Shown: positions 39,704-50,883 of the stretch, in pieces
Layout of the letters: each line of letters starts with the position of its first letter
Numbering within the stretch: position 1 is the first letter of the stretch
Assembly: GCA_963815115.1 (NCBI GenBank)
Contig: CAWFFN010000008.1
Coordinates: forward strand, 352,001-416,000
Origin: an uncultured delta proteobacterium
Lineage (GTDB): Bacteria > Desulfobacterota > Binatia > DP-6
Length of the DNA stretch: 64,000 nucleotides
Direction of reading: 5' to 3'
Position numbers and translations under genes: made by a program
Notes under the pieces: model-generated
What the model was told of the DNA's origin: nothing
The model's database searches: none
Seen by the model: only the letters and a program-made list of their open reading frames with translations

Positions 39704-39844
39704 ATGCAAACGACCACGTTGTCCCTGCCCGAAGACGTGCATTGGAAGCTGCGCGACCTGGCGCTCCAGGAGCGCACCACCGCCCGCGAGCTGATCCGCA
39801 AGGCCATCGAGCAGTACCTCGCGCGGCGGGAGCGGCGGGCATGA
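39704..39844 (+). CDS. Ribbon-helix-helix (CopG-like) regulator
   Basis: MQTTTLSLPEDVHWKLRDLALQERTTARELIRKAIEQYL; AAAGGA RBS; ATGA overlap with integrase. Confidence 0.8.
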   Translation: MQTTTLSLPEDVHWKLRDLALQERTTARELIRKAIEQYLARRERRA

Positions 39845-41046
39845 CCGAGCAGACGGATGACACGACGCCCACCCGGAAGCGCAAGCGCGAGCACACGGGC
39901 GTTTTCCAGCGCGGCACCGTCTGGTGGATTGCCTACTGCCATCGCGGCACCGAGATCCGCGAGAGCGTCCAGAAGGTGACCGGGAAGAACACCAGGGCGG
40001 CAGCGAAAACCTTGCTCACGAAGCGACGCCGCACCGCAGGCACGCCGGACTTCCTCGGTCCTGCAGCGGAGCGCGTGACCTACGACGACCTCGCGACGCT
40101 CTACCTGAACGATTACGGCCTGAACCGCCGCCGCTCACTCCGCGATGCGAAGCGGAACGTCGAGCAACTCCGGGCCACGTTCGGGGAGCTGCGGGCGCTC
40201 GACATCACGACCGACCGAATCGCCTGCTACACGGCGGCACGCTTGGCGGAGGGCAGGCGACCCGCGACGGTCAATCGCGAGCTGGCCGCGCTGCGGCGAA
40301 TGTTCGCGCTCGCGGTGCGCGCGGCGCTGCTCCACCACCGCCCACACATCCAGTTGCTCGTCGAGGACAACGTGCGCGAGGGCTTCCTCGAGCCGTCCGA
40401 CTTCGCTGCCCTGCGGGCGTACTTACCGGGTTGGCTCGTTCTCGCCATCGACTTTCTCTACCTGACCGGCTGGCGTCGCAGCGAAATGACGACGCTCACC
40501 TGGGCCGACGTCGACCTGCGGGTGGGCGTGATTCGCCTCCGGTCCGCCCGCAGCAAGAACAAGCGCCCCCGCGTGCTGGTCCTGCGACGCTCTCTGCGTG
40601 CCGTGCTCGAGGCGCAGGCCGCGAAACGGACGCTCGACTGCCCGCTCGTCTTCCACCGCGATGGCCTACCGCTGGGAGACTTCCGCCGCCCGTGGCGGGC
40701 CGCGTGTGCGGCAGCAGGGCTCGGCAGGCTCCTCGTCCACGACCTCCGCCGCTCCGCCATCCGCAACATGATCCGCGCCAAGGTTCCCGAGCGGATCGCC
40801 ATGGCCGCTAGCGGGCACCTCAACCGCAACGTGTTCGACCGCTACAACATCGTCAGCGAGCAAGACCTCGCGGACGCCGCCGAGCAGACGCTCGCTTACG
40901 TCGAGACCGCCAGCACGGCATCCCCGAGCGTGGTGCCGCTCACAGCCGCGCGCCGGACCCATTCAGCCGGAGAATTCGGACAATTTCCGGACAATCAGGC
41001 TCAGGCGGGGGCCGCGCCGACACCCGACGCGGCCCTAACTGCCTGA
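39841..41046 (+). CDS. Tyrosine integrase (element A)
   Basis: TGWRRSE, SKNK, HDLRRS, SGH..RNVFDRY; ends 8 bp from tRNA-Lys. Confidence 0.95.
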   Translation: MTEQTDDTTPTRKRKREHTGVFQRGTVWWIAYCHRGTEIRESVQKVTGKNTRAAAKTLLTKRRRTAGTPDFLGPAAERVTYDDLATLYLNDYGLNRRRSLRDAKRNVEQLRATFGELRALDITTDRIACYTAARLAEGRRPATVNRELAALRRMFALAVRAALLHHRPHIQLLVEDNVREGFLEPSDFAALRAYLPGWLVLAIDFLYLTGWRRSEMTTLTWADVDLRVGVIRLRSARSKNKRPRVLVLRRSLRAVLEAQAAKRTLDCPLVFHRDGLPLGDFRRPWRAACAAAGLGRLLVHDLRRSAIRNMIRAKVPERIAMAASGHLNRNVFDRYNIVSEQDLADAAEQTLAYVETASTASPSVVPLTAARRTHSAGEFGQFPDNQAQAGAAPTPDAALTA

Positions 41047-41054
41047 TTTCCGGA

Positions 41055-41127
<73 letters not shown>

Positions 41128-41164
41128 GCGAGGGTGGGAGCGCCAGGCGCGCCCACCCGGAAGA

Positions 41165-41241
41165 TGGGGTGAGTGAAGGGATTTGAACCCTCGACCCTCG
41201 GATCCACAATCCGATGCTCTGCCAGCTGAGCTACACTCACC
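41165..41241 (-). tRNA. tRNA-His(GTG)
   Basis: G-1, anticodon GTG, encoded CCA. Confidence 0.96.
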
Positions 41242-41280
41242 GCCGTCGTCGGCACTTGTCTCGATCGTCGTCTCTGCATG

Positions 41281-41354
<74 letters not shown>

Positions 41355-41361
41355 CCAAGCA

Positions 41362-41438
41362 TGGTCGGGGCGAGCCGATTTGAACGGCCGACCACCTGCT
41401 CCCAAGGCAGGTGCGCTACCAGGCTGCGCTACGCCCCG
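41362..41438 (-). tRNA. tRNA-Pro(TGG)
   Basis: CGGGGCG acceptor, CCTGC-CTTGGGA-GCAGG, encoded CCA. Confidence 0.96.
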
Positions 41439-41460
41439 CCACCTCCATGAGGACCGGTCA

Positions 41461-42078
41461 CTAGCACGTGCTGCCCGGACGTCGCAATGCGGGCGACGAC
41501 ATCGAGGCGAGATGCTCGCCGAGCGCGCGGACCGCGCGGGCGCGATGGCTGATGCGGGCCTTCTCTTCCGCCGACGCGGCCGCGAACGTGCACCCCAGCT
41601 CGTCGGCGACGAAGATCGGGTCGTAGCCGAATCCGCCACCGCCGGCGGGTCTCTCGGCGATCGTGCCGTCGCAGGTGCCCTCGGCGGTGACGACGCGCCC
41701 GTCGGGCCAGGCCAGTGCCACGACGCAGCGGAAGCGGGCACGCCGATCCGTGGTGCCGGCGAGGCGCGTCAGGAGCGCCGCGATGCGCTGGGAGTCCGAC
41801 CCAGCCAGGCGCGCCGAGAGCACACCGGGCGCCCCGCGGAGCGCGTCGACCTCGAGACCCGAGTCGTCTCCCAGCGCCGGCAGCCCGGTTGCCAGGGCGA
41901 CGGCCCGCGACTTGGCGACGGCGTTCTCGACGTAGCTCGTTTCGCCCTCCGGCGGCAGCGCCACCCCTCCGGCGGAGAGGTCCCGGGTCTCGATCTCTCC
42001 CCACTCGCGAACCAGGGCGCCCAGCTCGGCGATCTTGCCCGGGTTCGCCGAGGCGAGGACGAGCCGGGGGGGGATCAC
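41461..42078 (-). CDS. rdgB: Non-canonical purine NTP pyrophosphatase
   Basis: ASANPGK, DDSGLEVDAL.GAPGVLSAR, GFGYDPIF, ISHR. Confidence 0.95.
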   Translation of the reverse strand: MIPPRLVLASANPGKIAELGALVREWGEIETRDLSAGGVALPPEGETSYVENAVAKSRAVALATGLPALGDDSGLEVDALRGAPGVLSARLAGSDSQRIAALLTRLAGTTDRRARFRCVVALAWPDGRVVTAEGTCDGTIAERPAGGGGFGYDPIFVADELGCTFAAASAEEKARISHRARAVRALGEHLASMSSPALRRPGSTC

Positions 42079-42830
42079 TTCGCGGCCGGCAGCCGCACGC
42101 CGGCCGCGTGGAGCGTCCGTCGCTGGAGAGTGGTCAGACGGGCCAGCCCTGCCCGGCCGACGGATACCAGCTGGCCCAGCTGGCGGTCGGTGAAGGGGTC
42201 GCCTTCGGCCGTTCCCTGCACCTCGACGAAGCGGCCCGCGCCGGTCATCACCAGGTTCATGTCCACGCCGGCACGGTGGTCCTCCTCGTAGGGTAGGTCG
42301 AGCAGGACCCGCCCGTCGACCACCCCGACGCTCACTGCGGCGACGCTGTCCGTGAGCGGCAGCCGGTCGAGTAGCCGCTGCTGCTCGAGCCGCGCCAGCG
42401 CCAGGGCGAGGGCGACGAAGCCCCCGGTGATCGACGCGCAGCGCGTGCCACCGTCGGCCTGGAGAACGTCGCAGTCGACCAGGATCGAGCGCTCGCCGAG
42501 GGCGGGGAGATCGGTCACCGCCCGCAGGCTGCGGCCGACGAGTCGCTGGATCTCGTGGGTACGACCGCCGGGTCCGCGGCGTTCGCGCTCGATCCGTTCC
42601 GGCGAGCTTCGCGGCAACATGCCGTACTCGGCCGTGACCCAGCCGGTGCCACGACCGCGCAGGAACGGCGGAACGCTCTCCTGCACCGTGGCCGTGCAGA
42701 TCACGCGGGTGGAGCCGAGCTCGATCAGGACCGAACCCTCGGCGTCCGGCAGAAAACCGGGAACCAGCCGGGCGGGACGCAGCTCCTCCGGGCGCCGTCC
42801 ATCGGCCCGCCGTCCATGGCGCTCAAGCAT
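42075..42830 (-). CDS. rph: Ribonuclease PH
   Basis: GWVTAEYGMLP, EIQRLVGRSLR, DCDVLQADGGTRCASI, EVQGTAEG. Confidence 0.97.
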   Translation of the reverse strand: MLERHGRRADGRRPEELRPARLVPGFLPDAEGSVLIELGSTRVICTATVQESVPPFLRGRGTGWVTAEYGMLPRSSPERIERERRGPGGRTHEIQRLVGRSLRAVTDLPALGERSILVDCDVLQADGGTRCASITGGFVALALALARLEQQRLLDRLPLTDSVAAVSVGVVDGRVLLDLPYEEDHRAGVDMNLVMTGAGRFVEVQGTAEGDPFTDRQLGQLVSVGRAGLARLTTLQRRTLHAAGVRLPAAK

Positions 42831-42951
42831 CGGCCGCAAACGACCGATGTACCTTACAAACCGCAAGCTCCATGCGGGAGCGCATAGCATGCGCTGCGCG
42901 CTTCCGCCACGTGCTCCCGCAGGCGCTCGCACAACGAGGATGGGAACGAAC

Positions 42952-43971
<1,020 letters not shown>

Positions 43972-44277
43972 GGCGCATCGATGCCTGCCGCGGCCGGCCG
44001 CGGCGAGCCGGCATCGGCCTTAGCGTGTGCGACCAGAGCAAGTTTTGTCCAACCGCGACGGGGTCGGATCGGCCGCGCGGTGCACCGCGTCGTCAGCCCG
44101 GGAACGGCGTCCTGACGGCGCATGCGCCATCGGCAGCAGGGGACCCTGCGCCGCAGGTAGATATCATTAGAATGTGGGCTGTGTCACCCCGAGGAAGTGG
44201 CATTGCGACGGCGGCATTACTAAGCTAAAAATCTCCTAGCCGGCGCCTTCTCTCGGCGCTCGCCAAAGGAGGGGTCC

Positions 44278-44457
44278 ATGGCTAAAGAGGACGACGTCCT
44301 CATCCAGCTCGCCACCCGCATCCCCAAGGGACTGCACCGCGAGATCAAGCTCTACTGCGTCCAGACCGGCATCTCGGTGATGGAGTTCGTCGCCTCTGCG
44401 CTCGAGGAGAAGTTGCGCAAGGCGAGCGGAAAGGGTCGCCGCTCGGCGGCTCGCTAA
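44278..44457 (+). CDS. Small ribbon-helix-helix protein (59 aa, absent from the ORF track)
   Basis: AAGGAGG RBS; MAKEDDVLIQLATRIPKGLHREIKLYCVQTGISVMEFVASALEEKLRK. Confidence 0.8.
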   Translation: MAKEDDVLIQLATRIPKGLHREIKLYCVQTGISVMEFVASALEEKLRKASGKGRRSAAR

Positions 44458-44469
44458 ACCTTCCAGCGA

Positions 44470-44910
44470 TCAGGACAGGCCGCCCGAGGCCGTCACTGGT
44501 CCGACGCGCGCCAGCACCTGGCCGCGCAAACGACCGGGGTCGATCTCGAGGGTCTCGCAGATGCTGGCGAAGGCGAACACGTCGGTGTGCGCGTCGCTCA
44601 GCATCCAGCTCAGCGCTTCCCTCTCGAGCGTACGCGCACGCCCTCGTCTCGCGCCGGCGTACTTGAGGAGGGTGCGGATGCCGTCCTCCAGCACCGCGAG
44701 CAGGAGCCGACGCTCGCCTTCCGCAGGCTCCGCCCGGCTATAGACCGCTTCGAAGGACAGCGTCACCTCGGCATCATTGCGGGGCGCGCCGACCGCGACG
44801 ACGCGCGCTCGCACCCATGGCAGGGCCACGCCGTGTGCTGCGAATGCCGCTACCCACCGCCAACGCCATGGCACCCGTGCTTCGGCCTCCGCATGCCTGA
44901 TTTCCGGCAA
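44470..44910 (-). CDS. Hypothetical protein (true start probably later)
   Basis: Ordered core ERRLLLAVLEDGIR...W..SD...FAFASICETLEIDPGRLR. Confidence 0.6.
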   Translation of the reverse strand: MPEIRHAEAEARVPWRWRWVAAFAAHGVALPWVRARVVAVGAPRNDAEVTLSFEAVYSRAEPAEGERRLLLAVLEDGIRTLLKYAGARRGRARTLEREALSWMLSDAHTDVFAFASICETLEIDPGRLRGQVLARVGPVTASGGLS

Positions 44911-44996
44911 TCCGACAAGGTGGAGGACGCGGATTTTTTGCCGCCCCGCACTCGATTCCTTGCGCCGTCCACCAGGGCCCTGCTAGCCGGTCGGCG

Positions 44997-46727
44997 ATGG
45001 ACCTCAGCGAGATCGTGGCCGAACTGGGTCGATCGACCGATACGTTCGGTCGCTTCATACGCCAGCAGGCCGAGCGCATCCCCGACCGAACCGCCCTGAA
45101 GTTCGAGGCCGAGGAGGTCAGCTACGGCGCCTACGATCGCGAGGTGAACCGGGTCGCCGCCGGCCTCGCCCGGGCGGGGGTCGCCGCCGGGAGTCCGGTC
45201 GCCATCCTCTGCCTGAACAGCCCGCTCTTTCTCATCGGGCTCGGCGCGGTCGCCAAGCTCGGCGCCATCGGCGCCCTCGTCAACACCCACGTGAGCGGAG
45301 CCGGGCTCACCCATGTGCTGCGCGCCTCGGGCGCCCAGACGGGCCTGTGCGACGCTCACGCGCTTCCCGCCCTGGCCGAGGTCGCGGGCAGCCACGGCGT
45401 GCGCTTCCTGGCCGATGCGGCAGCCGGCAGCGTCCTGCCTGCCGACGTCCGGCCCCTGGACGACCTGCGGCCCGACCACGCGGCAGAGCCCGACATCCCC
45501 GACATCCGGGGACGCGACGTCTTCCTCTATATTTACACCTCGGGCACCACGGGGTACCCGAAGCCGGCAATCGTCCGGCACCTCCGCTTCACGATGGGCG
45601 GGGTGAGCCTCGCCCAGATGCTCGGGATCGAGGAGGGCGAGACGGTCTATGCCCCGCTACCGCTGTACCACGGCGAGAGCCTGTTCGTGGGCTTCGCCCC
45701 CGCCTTCCGGGCGGGAGGTGCATTCGCGTCGCGCCGCCAGTTCTCCGCCAGCACCTTCCTGGACGACGTGCGGCGGCACGAGGCCGTCGCCTTCGTCTAC
45801 GTCGGCGAGCTCTGTCGCTACCTGCTGCGCCAGCCACCGACGCCGCTCGATCGCGCGCATCGCCTGCGCGTGGCCGCCGGTGCCGGGCTCCGTCCCGACG
45901 TCTGGGCGGCCTTCCAGGAGCGCTTCGGCATCGCGCGCATCGTCGAGATGTACGGCGCCACCGAAGGCAACGTCGCCCTCCAGAATCTCGACGGGCGGGT
46001 CGGCTCCGTCGGCAAGCCGCATGCGCTCCTGGAGAACCAGGTGGCGCTGGTGCGGTTCGACCATGCCGCCGGCGACATCGTCCGCGGCGCGGACGGCCGC
46101 GCCGTCCCGTGTGCGGCCGGCGAGACCGGCGAGCTGCTGGGCAAGGTGGGGCTCGCCGGCGCCATGGAGTACGACGGCTACACCGACCGGGCGGCGACGG
46201 AGCGCAAGCTCGTGCGCGACGTCTTCGAGCGCGGAGACGCGTGGTTTCGCAGCGGCGATCTGCTGCGCCGCGACGCCGAGGGCTACTACTACTTCGTCGA
46301 CCGCATCGGCGACACCTTCCGCTGGAAGGGTGAGAACGTCGCCACGCAGGAGGTGGCCGACGTGCTGAGCGGCGCGCCGGGCGTGACGGAGAGCTGCGTC
46401 TACGGCGTGCATATCCCGGGCGAGGACGGCCGCGCCGGGATGGCCGCGATCGTCCTGGCCGAGGGAGCGACCTTCGACCCCGCCGCGTTCTACGCTCACG
46501 CGGAGCGCCATCTGCCGCGCTACGCCCGGCCGGCGCTGGTGCGGATCCTCCCCGCCGTCGACGTCACCGGCACCCTCAAGCAGCGCAAGCTCCGGCTCGT
46601 CGACGAGGGATACGACCCGGGCAAGGTGTCGGACGCGCTGCTCGTGCGCGACGACACCGCCCGCTCCTACCTTCCCCTCACCGCGGCCCGGCTGGACGAG
46701 GTGCAGACAGGGGTTCGTCGCTTGTGA
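44997..46727 (+). CDS. Long-chain acyl-CoA synthetase (FATP/FadD6 type)
   Basis: YIYTSGTTGYPK, YVGELCRYL, YGATEGN, FVDRIGDTFRWKGENV. Confidence 0.93.
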   Translation: MDLSEIVAELGRSTDTFGRFIRQQAERIPDRTALKFEAEEVSYGAYDREVNRVAAGLARAGVAAGSPVAILCLNSPLFLIGLGAVAKLGAIGALVNTHVSGAGLTHVLRASGAQTGLCDAHALPALAEVAGSHGVRFLADAAAGSVLPADVRPLDDLRPDHAAEPDIPDIRGRDVFLYIYTSGTTGYPKPAIVRHLRFTMGGVSLAQMLGIEEGETVYAPLPLYHGESLFVGFAPAFRAGGAFASRRQFSASTFLDDVRRHEAVAFVYVGELCRYLLRQPPTPLDRAHRLRVAAGAGLRPDVWAAFQERFGIARIVEMYGATEGNVALQNLDGRVGSVGKPHALLENQVALVRFDHAAGDIVRGADGRAVPCAAGETGELLGKVGLAGAMEYDGYTDRAATERKLVRDVFERGDAWFRSGDLLRRDAEGYYYFVDRIGDTFRWKGENVATQEVADVLSGAPGVTESCVYGVHIPGEDGRAGMAAIVLAEGATFDPAAFYAHAERHLPRYARPALVRILPAVDVTGTLKQRKLRLVDEGYDPGKVSDALLVRDDTARSYLPLTAARLDEVQTGVRRL

Positions 46728-48264
46728 GGCGCGCCGCCTCGCCGCGCAGCGCGGCCTTGTCGACCTTGCCGCTCCCCTTGGTGGGGAGCGCGTCCTCGCG
46801 CCGGACCCACAGCCCGCGCGGTACCTTGTAGCTCGCCAGCCGGCCCCGGCAATGGGCCAGCAGCTCGTCTTCCGCGACCGGTGCCGCGAGCACGACGAAG
46901 GCGGCGACGTTCTCGCCTCGCAGGGGGTCCGGAACCGGCACGACGTATGCCGCGGCGACGGCCGGGTGCTCGAGCAACACCGCCTCGACCTCCGCCGACG
47001 CGACGTTCGCCCCCGCCGTCTTGATCACGTCCTTCAGCCGGCCGACGAAGTGCAGCGCCCCGTCGGCGTCGAGCCGGCCGAGATCTCCGGTGTGGAAGAA
47101 GCCGTCGGCATCGAGGCAGGCGCCGGGCGTCTCGCCCCAGTACCCGGTCAGCAGCTCCGGTCCCCGGACGCAGATCTCGCCCTCCGTATCGGTCGCGAGG
47201 ACCGCACCGGTGCCGGGATCGACGATGCGCAGCTCCCGCCGGCCCACCGGCGGCCCATGGCTGCCCGCGCGTCGCTCCAGCGACGCGTTCCACGGCCATG
47301 CGGCGCACAGCGGCGGCGTCTCGGTCATGCCGTACGACCCCACCGCATGATGGTCCGGCCCGTACAGAGCCGCCGCCCACTTGGTGTTGGCGCCGACGCC
47401 CTTGCGGAGCCGGAGACGGGTCGCGGCGAACCGGGGATGTGCGACGAGCGCTTCGGCCTGATGTGGCCAGGCGAAGAACACGCTCACCCGCTCCTGCTCC
47501 AGCAGACGGAGGGTTTCCCCCGGCTCGAAGACGTCCTGCAGCACCACGGCTGCGCCGCGAGACAGCGTGGTCAGCGCCACCGCCACCAGACCGCCTGCGA
47601 AGAAGAACGGCAGGTAGCCCCACGTGCGGTCGTCCGCCTCGATGCCGAGGACCGCGGCGTCACCCTCCGCGGCGAGCCGCAGCGCCGCGTGCGTGTGCAC
47701 GGCGCCCTTCGGGGCCGCCGTCGATCCCGAGGTGAACACGATGGTGGCCGGGTCGTCCTCCGCCGGACCGCTGCCCGGGTCGCCCGCTGATCCATCGAGC
47801 ACCGGCCCGAGCGCGAGCGGAGCGTCGGGCTCGAGCAGCACCACCTCGCGCAACGACCCGAAGCGGGGGGCAGCACCCCGTGTGATCCCTGGTGAGAGCG
47901 CTTCCAGGCTCGCCGCGTAGTCGTGACCCAGGAAGCCGCGGACCGCGACCAGCAGCGAGATCTCCGCGTGCTCCAGCGCATGGCCGAGCTCGCGCGGCCG
48001 ATAGAGCGTGCTGATCGGCACCAGCACGCCGCCGCACCGCCAGACGCCGAAGGCGATGGCGAGCCACTCTGGCCAGTTCGGCAGCAGGAGCCCGACCCGT
48101 GTTCCGCGCTCGACGCCGCGCGCAGCGAGAGCGCGCGCCACCCGCGTCGCGAGGTCGGCGAGCTCCCGGAAGCGCACGCGTCCGCGCGCCGAGATGAGCG
48201 CCTCGCGCCCGGCGTGGCGCCCGGCAAGCTCGTCCAGCAGCGCGGGCAGCGTCGCGGGCGTCAC
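46678..48264 (-). CDS. AMP-dependent acyl-CoA ligase
   Basis: FTSGSTAAPKG, YGMTET, FHTGDLG, GRLKDVIK, SGKVDK. Confidence 0.92.
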   Translation of the reverse strand: MTPATLPALLDELAGRHAGREALISARGRVRFRELADLATRVARALAARGVERGTRVGLLLPNWPEWLAIAFGVWRCGGVLVPISTLYRPRELGHALEHAEISLLVAVRGFLGHDYAASLEALSPGITRGAAPRFGSLREVVLLEPDAPLALGPVLDGSAGDPGSGPAEDDPATIVFTSGSTAAPKGAVHTHAALRLAAEGDAAVLGIEADDRTWGYLPFFFAGGLVAVALTTLSRGAAVVLQDVFEPGETLRLLEQERVSVFFAWPHQAEALVAHPRFAATRLRLRKGVGANTKWAAALYGPDHHAVGSYGMTETPPLCAAWPWNASLERRAGSHGPPVGRRELRIVDPGTGAVLATDTEGEICVRGPELLTGYWGETPGACLDADGFFHTGDLGRLDADGALHFVGRLKDVIKTAGANVASAEVEAVLLEHPAVAAAYVVPVPDPLRGENVAAFVVLAAPVAEDELLAHCRGRLASYKVPRGLWVRREDALPTKGSGKVDKAALRGEAARLTSDEPLSAPRPAGPR

Positions 48265-48377
48265 GCGCACGCCCCGGACAGGCGGCGATGGAGCGACATC
48301 GCACGCACTGTGCCCCACGCCCGCGCACGGTGTCCAGAGTTGCCCGCGGCGACCGCGACGGCGTATACGCGCCCGCG

Positions 48378-50144
48378 ATGCGACCCGGCCCGGCGCTGGC
48401 TGCTGCCTGCTTCGCGCTCGCCGCCGGTACCACCATGGCACGAACGTCTCCGCTACGCGGCGTGGTCGAGGGCTACTACGGCCGACCCTGGTCGGGCGAC
48501 GCGCGCCGCGCGGTGATCCGCTTTCTCGGGGCTCACCGCATGAACGCCTTCGTGTACGGCCCCAAGAACGATCCCTACCATCGCGACCGCTGGCGCGAGC
48601 CCTACCCCACCGAGGAGCTCACGGACCTGCGGGCGACCGCCGCCGTGGCCCGGCGCGCCGGCGTCCGGTTCGTCTATGCGCTCAGCCCGGCGCTCGACAT
48701 CTGCTACTCCTGCGACGACGACTTCGACGCGCTGGCCGCGAAGCTGGCCCAGCTGGCGCGCGCTCGCGTCCGTCGCTTCGCGCTCTTCTTCGACGACGCG
48801 CCCGAGACGCTGACGCGCGCCGGGGACGTTGCGCGTTACGGCGGCAGCGACGGCGCCGCGCTGGCGCGCGCGCACGCCGACCTGGTGAACCGTGTCGACC
48901 GCTGGCTCCGCAAGCGGCGCCTGCACGGCGTGTCCTTCATGGTGCCGACCGCCTACTCCGGCACCACGTGCCTGCCCTACCACGTCGAGATCGCCGGCGC
49001 CCTGCGCCGCGGCATCGGAGTCGGCTGGACGGGTCCGGGGGTCTTCGCGCCGCACCTCACGGCGGCCGAGGCCAGGGCCCGACGCGCGTGCGTGCGCCAT
49101 CCCGTGATCCTGTGGGACAACTTCCCGGTCAACGACGGGGTGCTCTCGAACACGCTGCACCTGGGCCCACTCACGGGCCGCGACCCGGAGCTGCCGGGAA
49201 CGCTGGGCGGCTACCTGCTGAACCCGATGACGCAGCCGCACGCGAGTCTCGTCGGCCTCGGCACCGCCGCTGCGTACCTGGAGGATCCCGCGAAGTACGA
49301 GCCGGAAGCGGCCTGGCACGACACGCTTCACCAGCTGGATCCGGCGGGCGGCCTCGCGGTGCTGGCCGAGCAGACGCGCAGCTCGCCGCTGAGCGATCCC
49401 GACTACGCCGACGCCGCGGAGCTGACCTCGGCCGTCGACCTGCTGGAGGCGAGCTACTCGACTGCCGACTGGCCCGCCGCGGTGGCGGCGCTCGAGGCCG
49501 AGGAGCAGCGACAGGCTGCGGCGCCGGCCTCGATCGCGAGCAGCCTCGGCGGCACCGCGCTGGGCGGGGAGATCGAGGCGTGGGTCGCGGAGCTCGGCGC
49601 GCACGCCGCGGCGGGGCTCGCCGCGGTCCGCCTGCTGCGCGCGATGAAGCCGTCCCTGGCATCGCTGATGACGCGGACCGAGGGCGGCGTCCTCACCATC
49701 AGCGGTCGGGCGCTGCCACCCGATGCCGCTCTCGTCGCGGCGCTGGCGCCGGCCTTCCCGCCCCCGCCTCCTCCCGACGTAGCCGGCTATCTGCGCTGCC
49801 TCGGCGACTTCCTCGGTGCCGGCATTCGCCTCTGCCCGCAGTTCGGTCTGAACGTGCACGGCAAGGCGCTCTACATCGTGCCCTTCGACATCACGGACAT
49901 CCGGATAGTCACCGGGAAGAACATTCACCAGCGTCTCATCGGGTTCGTCGCCGAGGCCCACCGGGCATGGGCAGCGCGGCAGCCAGAGACGCCCGCCGGT
50001 CTCTCGCTCACCCTCGACGGCAGGCCGGTCAGCGTCGCCCCCGACGGCTCGTTCAGCGCCACCACCCAGCGCGCGCCGGGCGGCTCTTCACGCCTCGTGC
50101 TCGAGACGTCGGCGGGCGACGCGGTCGCCGTGCAGGTGCCGTGA
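48378..50144 (+). CDS. GH84 beta-N-acetylglucosaminidase (O-GlcNAcase/hyaluronidase-like), secreted
   Basis: RGVVEGYYGRPWS, YGPKNDPYHR..WRE.YP, ALSPA, LFFDD, WDNFPVND. Confidence 0.88.
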   Translation: MRPGPALAAACFALAAGTTMARTSPLRGVVEGYYGRPWSGDARRAVIRFLGAHRMNAFVYGPKNDPYHRDRWREPYPTEELTDLRATAAVARRAGVRFVYALSPALDICYSCDDDFDALAAKLAQLARARVRRFALFFDDAPETLTRAGDVARYGGSDGAALARAHADLVNRVDRWLRKRRLHGVSFMVPTAYSGTTCLPYHVEIAGALRRGIGVGWTGPGVFAPHLTAAEARARRACVRHPVILWDNFPVNDGVLSNTLHLGPLTGRDPELPGTLGGYLLNPMTQPHASLVGLGTAAAYLEDPAKYEPEAAWHDTLHQLDPAGGLAVLAEQTRSSPLSDPDYADAAELTSAVDLLEASYSTADWPAAVAALEAEEQRQAAAPASIASSLGGTALGGEIEAWVAELGAHAAAGLAAVRLLRAMKPSLASLMTRTEGGVLTISGRALPPDAALVAALAPAFPPPPPPDVAGYLRCLGDFLGAGIRLCPQFGLNVHGKALYIVPFDITDIRIVTGKNIHQRLIGFVAEAHRAWAARQPETPAGLSLTLDGRPVSVAPDGSFSATTQRAPGGSSRLVLETSAGDAVAVQVP

Positions 50145-50161
50145 GGGAGGAACCGCGACCG

Positions 50162-50824
50162 TCAGGGCGCGAGGACGCCGCAGCTGAAGGTGAGGCCGCT
50201 GGGTGTGTTGGGGCCGTCGATCCGCTTCAGCCCGCAGCCCAGGATCTCGATGCCGGTCTTCTCGCCCTGCAGCAGCGTGCCGAGCATCTCGCTGTTGATG
50301 CTCGTGCTCACGCGACACTCACCGCCCGCGACGACGCAGCAGCCCGTGACGGAGTCGACGTACCATTGCGGGAGGTCGAAGGTGCACGGCTTCAGCTCGC
50401 ATCGATCGGTCGTGACGCGGACGGCAGCGAGCGCGCACAGCTTGCGTCCCTCGCAGCCGGGGTTGAGGTTCTTGGCGACGAAGCTGAGACGGAAATCACC
50501 GACCGGCGTCGTCACACCGGAGGCCTTCGCGTAGCCGGACTTGAAGAACGGTCCCTGAAAGCCACACTCGGAGTCGCTACGAACCGGCGGACTGCACGCC
50601 GGAATCGCGATCGTGCTTCCCTGAGTCGTCGTGTTGGGCGAGGTGCAAGGGTCGTAGGCGGTAATCAAAGCTGCCTTGACCGACTTCGCTCGTTTCGGCT
50701 CGTCATGCTGCGCTCCCGCGCGGCGAGCCAGGAGCGGGCAGACCAGGAGGGCAATCGCAAGGGCACCCGCAACGATGGTTCTGCGACACACTACCGTAGT
50801 CATACTCGAATCCCCTCCAGACAC
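50162..50824 (-). CDS. Secreted Cys-rich hypothetical protein
   Basis: Signal-like hydrophobic segment, many Cys. Confidence 0.7.
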   Translation of the reverse strand: MSGGDSSMTTVVCRRTIVAGALAIALLVCPLLARRAGAQHDEPKRAKSVKAALITAYDPCTSPNTTTQGSTIAIPACSPPVRSDSECGFQGPFFKSGYAKASGVTTPVGDFRLSFVAKNLNPGCEGRKLCALAAVRVTTDRCELKPCTFDLPQWYVDSVTGCCVVAGGECRVSTSINSEMLGTLLQGEKTGIEILGCGLKRIDGPNTPSGLTFSCGVLAP

Positions 50825-50883
50825 GCAGGGTTACAGTCCAGTCCCCCCCCTGTCAAGCAGTTTCCGCACCTTTGGGCCATCTT

